Source: Actinomycetota bacterium
GTDB taxonomy: Bacteria; Actinomycetota; UBA4738; CALAEC01
NCBI GenBank assembly: GCA_050693035.1
Contig: JBOGWB010000061.1
Coordinates: 6,834 to 70,833 of the forward strand
Direction: 5' to 3'
DNA length: 64,000 bases
Below, one piece after another: positions 16,961 through 24,926 of the stretch. The notes under the pieces are model-generated. The model saw only the letters and a list, made by a program, of their open reading frames with translations, did not search any database and was not told the DNA's origin. The translations under genes and the position numbers were made by a program. The number at the start of each line of letters is the position of its first letter. Position 1 is the first letter of the stretch.

Positions 16961-18169
16961 GTGAGTAGGCGGCGTGGATACGGCGACGGAACGGTCAGGC
17001 AGCAGGGCCGACGATCGTGGCAAATCAGGGTCCCACTGGGTGCGGATCCGCTGACCGGAGCGTGGCTCAGGCACACCGAAACAATCACCGGAACCAAGGC
17101 TGAGGCGGAGAGAAGACGGCGGGAACTCCGCCTCGAGCGAGACAGAGGAACCCTTGCGACCCCGGGCAACAAGACCCTGGAGGAGTACCTCAGGAAGGAG
17201 TGGCTCACAGCCGTCTCCCATGTGTCGAAGCGCGGCCAGCCACTCGCTCCCACCACGCGCAGGCGATATGGGGACGTCGTCGACCACGTCTGCCGGTTGA
17301 TCGGCGACGTGAAGCTGGCCTCCCTGCGCACCGCCCACGTCGAGCGGCTCCGGGACGAGATGCTCAGCGAGACGCTGGAGCGGAAGAGCGGTGAGGTCAT
17401 CCCTCGCTTCAGCCCCCAGACCGTGGGCGACATCCTGCGAGTGCTGTCGCAGGCCCTGCGCAAGGCCGAGGCCAAGGGGCTGATCTCCAGGAACTGGGCG
17501 GACCCGACCCTCGTCGATCGTCCCGCCGGTCAACCCAGGGAACTGCCCCCGATGGAAGAGGATCTGGCGAAACGCATCCTGGAAGCGGTCCGGGGGGAGG
17601 ATCCCTGGGACGCGGCGGTTCATCTGGCATTGGGCCTGACGATGCGCCGAGAGGAGGTTCTCGGCCTCCGCTGGCCAGACGTCGACCTGCGGGAAGGGAT
17701 CCTCACCGTCAGGAACACGATCACCTACACGCCCAGACAGATGCACGAAGGGGGACCAAAGACGGAGGCTGGGAGGCGGACGGTCCCCGTGCCAGCGTTC
17801 GTGGGCGAGGCCCTTCGCCGCCATCGGAAGCAGCAGTCGAGGCGGCGCCTCCGCCTAGGGTCGGCTTGGCGGGACGGGTGGGACGTGGTGGTAGATCGGG
17901 GCGACGGTGCACCTTGGCTGCCCCCCACGTTTTCCAGAGCGTGGACGTCCTTCGCCAAGAAAGCGGGCTTCCCTGACATCGGGTTCCACGAGCTCCGACA
18001 CGGCGCTGCGACCCTCATGCTCGCCGCGGGGATCCCGGACGCGGTCGCCATCAAGTTGATGGGCCACCGAGACACCCGCATCCTCAGGCGCTATCAGAAA
18101 GTCGTCGACCGGCTCAAGCGAGAGGCTGCTGGGAAGTTGGACGAGCTGCTGGGCGGCCCGGGGAGCTGA
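16961..18169 (+). CDS. tyrosine-type site-specific recombinase (integrase)
   Basis: The GTG start gives a 402-aa protein. The N-terminus GYGDGTVRQQGRRSWQIRVPLG is SAM-like. Catalytic motifs are GLRWPDVDL, HELRHGAATLMLAAGIPDAVAIKLMGHRDTRILRRYQKV. Confidence 0.9.
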   Translation: MSRRRGYGDGTVRQQGRRSWQIRVPLGADPLTGAWLRHTETITGTKAEAERRRRELRLERDRGTLATPGNKTLEEYLRKEWLTAVSHVSKRGQPLAPTTRRRYGDVVDHVCRLIGDVKLASLRTAHVERLRDEMLSETLERKSGEVIPRFSPQTVGDILRVLSQALRKAEAKGLISRNWADPTLVDRPAGQPRELPPMEEDLAKRILEAVRGEDPWDAAVHLALGLTMRREEVLGLRWPDVDLREGILTVRNTITYTPRQMHEGGPKTEAGRRTVPVPAFVGEALRRHRKQQSRRRLRLGSAWRDGWDVVVDRGDGAPWLPPTFSRAWTSFAKKAGFPDIGFHELRHGAATLMLAAGIPDAVAIKLMGHRDTRILRRYQKVVDRLKREAAGKLDELLGGPGS

Positions 18170-18313
18170 GCCGAGAATGCGGCGAAGCGTGCTGCAATCA
18201 GTTCCCATCGAGAGGTGGCTTGTCGTTGAATTCCGGCATCCTTCACCAAATTGGGTTTGAATTGGATAGCGGACCACCGACTCCCGGCTCCGAAGCCACT
18301 CCTCCAGGGCTAC

Positions 18314-19603
18314 TCATTTGTCTCCCTCAATGATCCGCAGATACTCCTGGTAGCGTCGACGGGCGTTCTCGATCATGTCTTGGTAGGTCCACAAGACCGG
18401 GTAGTCTCGCATGTCAGCGAGCTCCCGAGCCTCATCAGAAATCTTGCGGCCAATAAGGTAGATAAGCGGGTTCTTCTTCTGACCCTGGTGCTTTCTAATC
18501 AAGCGTAGGTACAACTCGGCCTGGTCCACCTCCGGTTTCTTTATCTCCACGGATGGACGCTTGATTTCCACTAAGACCGGCCGCTTTCCAACGAGATCTA
18601 CACAAGCGAAGTCCGGACGATTCTTGGCATACTTGCGATCTGATTTCGCCAGCTCTTGCCCAATGATCTTCCTCAAGCTCCGGTTGGACTGCGCGATCCA
18701 GTACTCATCGTTCAGCAGCCACATGCTCTTCTCGAGTGTGCGGTGAATGGACTTGTCCCCCTTTAACTCGTATGTGTTGTCATCCAGCACAAGATCTTCC
18801 AGCGTGTCAATCGTGTTAATGCGTGATACCAGGATGTTGACGAGCGCGGTGACCTGCAGCAGATTCCACTCCTCCATCAGGTCAGTCAGTTCATCCAGCG
18901 CCTTGGCCGGCTCTTTAGCCAAGCGCTTGATAACGTCTTGGAAGGCGACCTGGATGCGCTTCTGACCCTTCGGAATCGCCGCATCGACGGAACTGAGGAG
19001 ATCAAATGCGAAATCGGCTCCCTGCCTCTCCACGAGATCAGCGATTCGTTCGGGGAGCTTCTTCCGCTCCCTCTTTGGTATAGCCTCGGCGGCTTCGGGC
19101 AAGCGGCTTAGAACCCGCTTGACTTCCTTCGTTTCAGGAAGGACATCATCAGATGTTCTGGTGAAGGTCTCCGGAAACGCCTCATTGAGGAACTGAGTTG
19201 CCGTTCGGAGGCCCGTCTGTCGGTAAACCTCAAAGAAGCGTGCCTGGCCCGCCTCTCGAAATGCCTCGTAGTTGACTACTACTCGTTTCGCTCCTATGGA
19301 CGACTCTCCGTCGGATAGCACGAGCGCGCAATCGGACCCGAGCTCTGCACGAATCAATTCGATAAGGTGCTTTCCACCGCGGAACCCTCTAAGGAGTAGG
19401 GCGTCGTAGGCTCTGGTGCCATCTCGGAACTTTCGCTTCTCCAGGTCCTTCTTCAGATCCGCGCTGATAAACAGCGGCTGGTCCTTCAGCGCTCCATAAC
19501 TGCGATTCTGAATCTCGATCGGAATGGGTTGCGCCAAGCCCGCTTGCGTACGTCGCTTGCGTCCTCCAGAAGGCTGCTTTGGTGATGTCCGTTTCCGCGT
19601 CAC
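18314..19603 (-). CDS. DUF4263 / Shedu (SduA)-like PD-(D/E)xK nuclease-domain protein
   Basis: The C-terminal part reads IHRTLEKSMWLLNDEYWIAQSNR...NRPDFACVDLVGKRPVLVEIKRPSVEIKK...QAELYLRLI. This fits the D...E.K core and flanking pattern I associate with DUF4263. It has the lowest GC sampled in the window (48% and 55% in two hand-counted lines). Confidence 0.6.
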   Translation of the reverse strand: MTRKRTSPKQPSGGRKRRTQAGLAQPIPIEIQNRSYGALKDQPLFISADLKKDLEKRKFRDGTRAYDALLLRGFRGGKHLIELIRAELGSDCALVLSDGESSIGAKRVVVNYEAFREAGQARFFEVYRQTGLRTATQFLNEAFPETFTRTSDDVLPETKEVKRVLSRLPEAAEAIPKRERKKLPERIADLVERQGADFAFDLLSSVDAAIPKGQKRIQVAFQDVIKRLAKEPAKALDELTDLMEEWNLLQVTALVNILVSRINTIDTLEDLVLDDNTYELKGDKSIHRTLEKSMWLLNDEYWIAQSNRSLRKIIGQELAKSDRKYAKNRPDFACVDLVGKRPVLVEIKRPSVEIKKPEVDQAELYLRLIRKHQGQKKNPLIYLIGRKISDEARELADMRDYPVLWTYQDMIENARRRYQEYLRIIEGDK

Positions 19604-19658
19604 TTGTGGTTCCTGCCTGCTCTCTTCTTGAAAGCGATTAGCGGATACATGTGCGAGG

Positions 19659-20780
19659 TCACCTCTTGTCGGTGGGCCAATGAATCGGCTTTTTGAGATC
19701 GTTGAGGTGCGATCGCGGCACCTTGGCGTCCCGTTGAAGCCGGCCTACAACAATCCCGGGAGCAATTTCCTGGGCCTGCGCGAAGACACGAATAGCGCTG
19801 GCGCTGAAATCGCCCGCATCGACGAACGCCTGGTACTCGTGTGGTGGCAGCAGAACGTCTCGGGCGAACCGGTTCGCCGTCTCCTCGTCAGCGTCGGAAT
19901 CCGGGGGAAACTCCAGGTCGACCGGGTCGACGAACTCTCGCTTTCGAGAAGAGGTGAGGACATGGCCAGCCTCATGGAAGAAAGTGAACCAGAAGTGATC
20001 GTCCGACTTATGGCGCGCGCTGAGCTGGATGACTGGACTGCCACCGACCCAGCGGATAGCGCCGCTGATGTGCGTGCCCTCGAACTCAGGGGTTAGGAGA
20101 ACGATGACGCCGGCCTTGGCGCACATCGTTATGACCCGATTGAGAATCTGCATGAATGGACCACGGCGCGTCATTGGTCGAATCTGTTCCAGGACCTGCC
20201 GGAATCCATGGGCATCAAAGGGCGGCAGATCAGCAATCTCGGCGGCTAGGATCTCGCCCCAGCGCAGCCAGGCGGCCACCGCCTTAGGTGATGCCATGAA
20301 CGCCGGTGACGAACGGTAGGCCGCCTCCGGAGCAAGCCAATGCCGCTCGAAGGCTTCGGGGCTGCTCACCTGGAAGAAGGAGAGCAGCTCGGCCAGCGTT
20401 CCCGCTTTCGTAGCACCACGCCGGATCAGGTCGCGCCGGATGAGATCCTTGAGTGGGAAGCCATCGGCCCAACTGGCATTGGCCTCAAGTTCCTTCTGGG
20501 CCTCCTGACGGGCCGCATGTTCGCGAAACCTGGTCTCCAGCCCTGTCCAGAACCTCGCCGAGATGCCGAGGGCCCGCTCAAGCTGGATCGCCGTCTCAGC
20601 GGTGATCGCTGCCTTGCCCTTGATGATCTCGTTGATGGTCTTCAGGGGGCGCGCCATCCGGCGGGCCAGCTCGGACTGTGTCATCCCGCGATCCTGCAAG
20701 GACTCAAGGAGGATCTCGCCGGGCGGGACGGTCCAATCGGGCTGCCAGCCCGACGTTGGGTCATTTGCCATGGTAGTCAA
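19659..20780 (-). CDS. HigA-type XRE HTH fused to ImmA/IrrE-type zinc metallopeptidase
   Basis: The N-terminus PGEILLESLQDRGMTQSELARRMARPLKTINEIIKGKAAITAETAIQLERALGISARFW is a HigA/VapI HTH. The C-terminus FWFTFFHEAGHVL carries HExxH. The start overlaps the upstream HigB-like gene. Confidence 0.8.
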   Translation of the reverse strand: MTTMANDPTSGWQPDWTVPPGEILLESLQDRGMTQSELARRMARPLKTINEIIKGKAAITAETAIQLERALGISARFWTGLETRFREHAARQEAQKELEANASWADGFPLKDLIRRDLIRRGATKAGTLAELLSFFQVSSPEAFERHWLAPEAAYRSSPAFMASPKAVAAWLRWGEILAAEIADLPPFDAHGFRQVLEQIRPMTRRGPFMQILNRVITMCAKAGVIVLLTPEFEGTHISGAIRWVGGSPVIQLSARHKSDDHFWFTFFHEAGHVLTSSRKREFVDPVDLEFPPDSDADEETANRFARDVLLPPHEYQAFVDAGDFSASAIRVFAQAQEIAPGIVVGRLQRDAKVPRSHLNDLKKPIHWPTDKR

Positions 20781-21072
20781 CGACCTCCTTGATCACGATT
20801 TTCGTCACTCGGGCCCGGTCGGTGCCTCCAGCGGGCAACCGGGGCAACGGATCGTGATCGGGTTCGAAGATCAGTCGATACGAACCCCACAGGTCGACAG
20901 CGAACTCGCCGGCACGGTCTGCACGAAGCTGATGGCAGTTGCCCGGCACCCCTTCCATGTCCCGCAAGGTCGGAGCGGCCATCAACGACGCCAGCCGAAG
21001 CTTGAGCCGCCGCCAGTTTTCCGCGCCCCAACGCTTCGCTCCCCGTCGATCGTCGGAACACGTCTTCTCCAA
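20761..21072 (-). CDS. HigB-like (RelE/ParE superfamily) toxin; true 5' end unclear
   Basis: LRLASLMAAPTLRDMEGVPGNCHQLRADRAGEFAVDLWGSYRLIFEP...VIKEVVDYH matches the plasmid-maintenance killer HigB pattern. Homology continues upstream of the TTG at 21072 (KIEISWSNRRLEK, to about 21110), where no canonical start is present. Confidence 0.65.
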   Translation of the reverse strand: MEKTCSDDRRGAKRWGAENWRRLKLRLASLMAAPTLRDMEGVPGNCHQLRADRAGEFAVDLWGSYRLIFEPDHDPLPRLPAGGTDRARVTKIVIKEVVDYHGK

Positions 21073-21165
21073 CCTACGGTTGGACCACGAAATCTCGATT
21101 TTCGCTCCCTTGACTTCTTCACCCTTGGGGTTAATACTACACTACCCCTAGGGAGGAATACCAGG

Positions 21166-22302
21166 GTGGCCAGGAGGTGGGTTCAACAGGCATTCGAGGA
21201 CGTGGATTTCGTCCCGGTGCCCGGTGGCAGCGGTCACTACGTCGCGGCCGTCCAGAACAAGTCCGGCGAATTGGATGCACTCCGCAACGCTTCGGCGGAG
21301 ACGTGGAGCCGGCTGACCCCGCTCGTCCAAATCGTGGGCCCCAAAAAGCGGCCTGAAGCACACAAGCGAGACACGGTCGCCGGCTGGGTCAAGCGCATCT
21401 CCCAGGCGGTTGGTCATCGGCCATGTTTCCTAGACGTCCTCCGCCTTCGTCCAGGACATCCCACGACGACATCCGGGGGAGCCGAGCCGATTCTCAGCGT
21501 CATCCACGCGGCGGCTCGGAAACGCGGCATGGTCTTCGTCCCGGTCCTGCCCATCGGCCGTTCCGACGGCAGAGATTACGTGCGCCTCGCCGGCGAGGCC
21601 GTGGCCTGCGATGGACGAGGCGCCGCGCTGCGGTATCCGATACGGCGCTTCGCGCTGGAACCAGGCGAGACCCACGCGACCGTGCTCGCCGAGGCCCTCA
21701 GGGACCTGGGGATCGACGTGACTCGTGCAGACGCCCTCGTCGATCTCGGCTACCTCTCAGGGGACGAGGAGCTGCACCTCGAAGATGTGGACGAAGCCCT
21801 CAAGGAGGTGACTGCCGTCGGTCCGTGGCGCAGCCTCGTGCTGCTCGGCACCTCGATGCCATCCATGCTCGGAGGGACGGTCGGCGAGGGAACGATCGGC
21901 GAGCTGCCGCGCCGAGAGTGGGAGCTATGGTCCGCGCTTCAGCAGGATACCTCTAGGCGAATGCCAACCTACGGCGACTACGTCGTTCAGCATCCTGATC
22001 CGCCACGCGACGAGGATGGTGGTGGCCCCGGCATGCGAGCCAACATCCGTTACACAATTACGAGCACCACGCTCGTTGCTCGGGCGCGCGGGCCGCTAAT
22101 CCAGGAGGGCCGGGAGCAGTACCGGGACCTCTGTCAGCAACTCGTCGCCAGACCGGAGTTCTCGGGCCCCGACTTCAGTTGGGGAGATTCAGTGATTGCT
22201 GCATGTGCCAGCGGGGAAAGCGAGCCCGGATCGCAGAACCAGTGGCGAGGAGCAGGATCATCCCACCACTTCCGCGTTGTGACACAGGCGCTCAGCCGCT
22301 GA
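21166..22302 (+). CDS. beta-protein family (PF14350-like; sce7725-like) protein
   Basis: GTG at 21166 is preceded by GGGAGG. HYVAAVQNKSGELDALRNASAETWSRLTPLVQI matches the Y.P.L+.K.GE..AL...TPL.E. opening of the T4 beta-protein family as I recall it. The upstream 200 codons of track ORF 20563..22302 are antisense to higBA and were ignored. Confidence 0.6.
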   Translation: MARRWVQQAFEDVDFVPVPGGSGHYVAAVQNKSGELDALRNASAETWSRLTPLVQIVGPKKRPEAHKRDTVAGWVKRISQAVGHRPCFLDVLRLRPGHPTTTSGGAEPILSVIHAAARKRGMVFVPVLPIGRSDGRDYVRLAGEAVACDGRGAALRYPIRRFALEPGETHATVLAEALRDLGIDVTRADALVDLGYLSGDEELHLEDVDEALKEVTAVGPWRSLVLLGTSMPSMLGGTVGEGTIGELPRREWELWSALQQDTSRRMPTYGDYVVQHPDPPRDEDGGGPGMRANIRYTITSTTLVARARGPLIQEGREQYRDLCQQLVARPEFSGPDFSWGDSVIAACASGESEPGSQNQWRGAGSSHHFRVVTQALSR

Positions 22303-23083
22303 CGTCAACAGTGCAGAACCGACGCGTGGGGATGCGAGCGAGACCGGGATCCCGCGCGAGAATGGCCCTGCGGACCACCTCTTTCAACCGATCGACGTCA
22401 ACCAGGCTGATCAGGTGGCCCCACATCGACGACCGACTGGCCTGAGCATCGGGTTCATGCCCGAGCGCGGCCAGAACCGCGCGAACCTCCTCTCGCCAGA
22501 GGAGCCGAACCAGCGTCTCGGGATCGACGCCGTGGTTGGGAGTCGCCGATCGCACGGAGCGGAAGGACGGCTGCCCCTCGTCCGTGACGATGGTCACGAT
22601 ACCCCACCACTCGGGCAGCATCTCCATCGCGGCAGCGACATGGCGTTCCGCTAGGACGATGGTGCACCGATCGAAAAGACGAGCGTAAGCGGTCGCCTGA
22701 CGTGGGAGTCGCTTGAGGGTATCTCGCTCTGTCTTTATTTCGAAGGCCGACATGTGGCCGCCGACAACCACGACATCGGCTCTCTCATTCGAGCGCGGCA
22801 CCCAGAATTCGTAGATGGTCTCGCTCGGAGTCTTGGCTGAGGCGACTATCTCAGCGCGCAGCCGGTCTCGGACGATCGCCTCAGTCGCCTCCACAGGCCG
22901 ACCCAGCCTCGGAGGTGGGAGGGCCAGCCATCGGAGTTCACGCACGTGAGTGAAGCTGTCGTGAGGTCCCGCGCATTCCTTGGCAAGGTCAGAGCAGGAC
23001 GCCGCTCCGAACATACGTTCGAGTATGGGAGGGGCCACCGACACGCCGGCTAGTCGACCATAGGGGCGCCTCCGACACCACAT
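22292..23083 (-). CDS. PD-(D/E)xK nuclease-fold protein (sce7726-like / MmcB-like)
   Basis: ERADVVVVGGHMSAFEIKTERDTLKRLPRQATAYARLFDRCTIV carries D-x11-E-I-K. The likely start is ATG at 23014 (MFGAAS...). The 3' end overlaps the convergent beta-protein gene by 11 bp. Confidence 0.6.
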   Translation of the reverse strand: MWCRRRPYGRLAGVSVAPPILERMFGAASCSDLAKECAGPHDSFTHVRELRWLALPPPRLGRPVEATEAIVRDRLRAEIVASAKTPSETIYEFWVPRSNERADVVVVGGHMSAFEIKTERDTLKRLPRQATAYARLFDRCTIVLAERHVAAAMEMLPEWWGIVTIVTDEGQPSFRSVRSATPNHGVDPETLVRLLWREEVRAVLAALGHEPDAQASRSSMWGHLISLVDVDRLKEVVRRAILARDPGLARIPTRRFCTVDVSG

Positions 23084-23312
23084 CTTGAGGCGAAAAACCC
23101 TCCCGGGATGGACCCCCTGGGATCGCCCAACCGATCGGCCGCCTTGATTGCTCCATCGATTCGAGGACGTGTCGCCGAGGCCAGTCGTGGGCCATCTCTG
23201 CCGTCTTCGGGAGGAAGCAAATAGGGCGGAACATAGGGCGAGAATTACTCGGAGGAACAGACGTTCGAATCGCGAAGTCAGGGAAACCGCAGTTCAAGAG
23301 GGTTCTTCTTTG

Positions 23313-23385
<73 letters not shown>

Positions 23386-23409
23386 GTGGCTCCAAGTCTA
23401 CCAAGGGCC

Positions 23410-23841
23410 CTACCGGCCCGTGGACCCGAACCCTCCCCCGCCTCGGTCCGATCCGGGCAGCTCGGGAACCTCCACCGGTTCCACCTGGGCGAACGGGACC
23501 ACTAGGAGCTGGGCGATGCGGTCTCCCCGGCGGATCTCCACGGCATCTTCCCGGTCCAGGTTCACCACGGCCACGATGATCTCCCCCCGATACCCGGCAT
23601 CGATCAGGCCCGGCGCGTTGGCCAGCGTGAGCCCGCGCCCGGAGGCCAGCCCGGACCGGGGAAGGACCAGTCCGGCATGGCCCGGGGGGATGGCCACGGC
23701 CAGGCCCGTGGGGACCAGGGCCCGGTCCCCCGGTTTCACCGTGACGTCCTCGTTGGACCGCAGATCGAGCCCGGCGTCGCCTTCCTTCGCGTAGGAGGGA
23801 AGGTCGACGGCCCGGTCGAGCCGCTTGAACTCGAGTCTCAC
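23410..23841 (-). CDS. dut: dUTP diphosphatase
   Basis: GDAGLDLRS, RSGLA...GL.LANAPGLIDAGYRGEI, GDRIAQLLV and C-terminal GGFGSTGR are canonical trimeric dUTPase motifs. Confidence 0.93.
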   Translation of the reverse strand: MRLEFKRLDRAVDLPSYAKEGDAGLDLRSNEDVTVKPGDRALVPTGLAVAIPPGHAGLVLPRSGLASGRGLTLANAPGLIDAGYRGEIIVAVVNLDREDAVEIRRGDRIAQLLVVPFAQVEPVEVPELPGSDRGGGGFGSTGR

Positions 23842-23944
23842 ACCGCGGGAAGCCTACCGGTCGGGACCACCATCAATCCACGCCGAGAGGAAAACTCGCC
23901 CGGCTTTGACCGTCCGCCGGGCGCCCCATATCCTGCCACGGCCG

Positions 23945-24916
23945 ATGACCGCTCAGACCTGCACCCGATGCGGGGCTGCCCTGCGTGGCGGGGTGTGCCC
24001 GAACGGCCACCCGCAGAGGGTGGCTCGGCGACGACGTCGGGGCCGGCGATGGGGCCGGGCTCTGTCCCTGGCCATCCTGGTCATCCTGGTCGCGGGGTCC
24101 GTGTACGGGGCATTCGCCTGGTACCCGCGGCAAGTCGCCGGGCAAGCCGTCGGCCCGACATCGCGGGCGTTCTCCGACGGTCTCGAGGCGTTCCAGGGGA
24201 TGCTGGCCGGCTACCCCGTCCGGCCCCGGCGCGGGGCCATCGAGGCCGGAGCAGAGGCCATCCTGGAGCGCGCCGATCCCACGCGACAGGCACTGGGGGC
24301 GGGCCAGGGCGAGCTCGTGGAGCACCGGCTCCCCTCCCTTCCGGTCATCGGGACCCGCCCGCCCCTCTCGATCGCCGCGGGCGTCCAGGACGAGATGGCC
24401 TTCTTCTACACGGGGGCGCTCGAAGTGGTGGCCGATCTCGAGGGGATAGCCCGATACCTCACCCAGATCGATCCGACGCTTCCGAAGCTCGACAACCTGA
24501 GGGAGGAGCTCGGGAACCCGAGGACGCCGGGAGAGATCGCCCGTGCCGCCGCGGGGGCCCGAGCGGTGGCCCGCCAGCTGATCGCCGACCTCAGGGCCGT
24601 CACGCCACCGGAGGAGGTGGGCCCCATCCACGCCGCTCTGCTCGCAACGGCCCAGGCCATTCGCCGGGACCTCGATGACATCGACCGCATCAGCAGGCAG
24701 GGCCGCTCTCCGGTGCTCCGGGCGCTCATCGAGGACGTGGAGAGCCGGATCGGGTCATACCGCGACACCTTCACGACCGCCCCCGGGGAGACCATGGACG
24801 CGGCATTGGAACCTGCCATCGCCGCGGTGAACCGGTCCGTCCGGCGGATCGTCCAGAACCTCACCGTGCTCCGGGAGGAATACGGGGTCACGGGCCTCAC
24901 CGTGCCCCGAGGCTAG
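23945..24916 (+). CDS. hypothetical zinc-ribbon membrane protein
   Basis: MTAQTCTRCGAALRGGVCPNGH is a zinc ribbon, followed by the TM segment ALSLAILVILVAGSVYGAFAW and an extracytoplasmic helical domain. ATG at 23945 was chosen to avoid overlapping the divergent dut. Confidence 0.6.
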   Translation: MTAQTCTRCGAALRGGVCPNGHPQRVARRRRRGRRWGRALSLAILVILVAGSVYGAFAWYPRQVAGQAVGPTSRAFSDGLEAFQGMLAGYPVRPRRGAIEAGAEAILERADPTRQALGAGQGELVEHRLPSLPVIGTRPPLSIAAGVQDEMAFFYTGALEVVADLEGIARYLTQIDPTLPKLDNLREELGNPRTPGEIARAAAGARAVARQLIADLRAVTPPEEVGPIHAALLATAQAIRRDLDDIDRISRQGRSPVLRALIEDVESRIGSYRDTFTTAPGETMDAALEPAIAAVNRSVRRIVQNLTVLREEYGVTGLTVPRG

Positions 24917-24926
24917 ACTGCTTCTC

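Larger units (their letters stand above)
7484..23312. mobile_element. mosaic accessory / genomic-island region (boundaries provisional)
   Basis: It lies between a tRNA 3'-half remnant and tRNA-Gly, both on the minus strand. It contains one intact xis/int pair, one integrase remnant, an RHS toxin/immunity locus and several defence-type genes. GC is visibly lower than in the flanking core. No att direct repeats could be identified by eye. Confidence 0.4.

Noticed and set aside
15975-18313. att sites (direct repeats) flanking the intact integrase, or a copy of the tRNA-Gly 3' end at the far side of the island
   Set aside because: Only 7-8-nt chance matches were seen by eye (tgggttt, tcctccag). 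A weak resemblance of ggtgggtcgaatcggagcg (about 16008-16026) to the tRNA-Gly T-arm is too degenerate to claim. A computed repeat search is needed.
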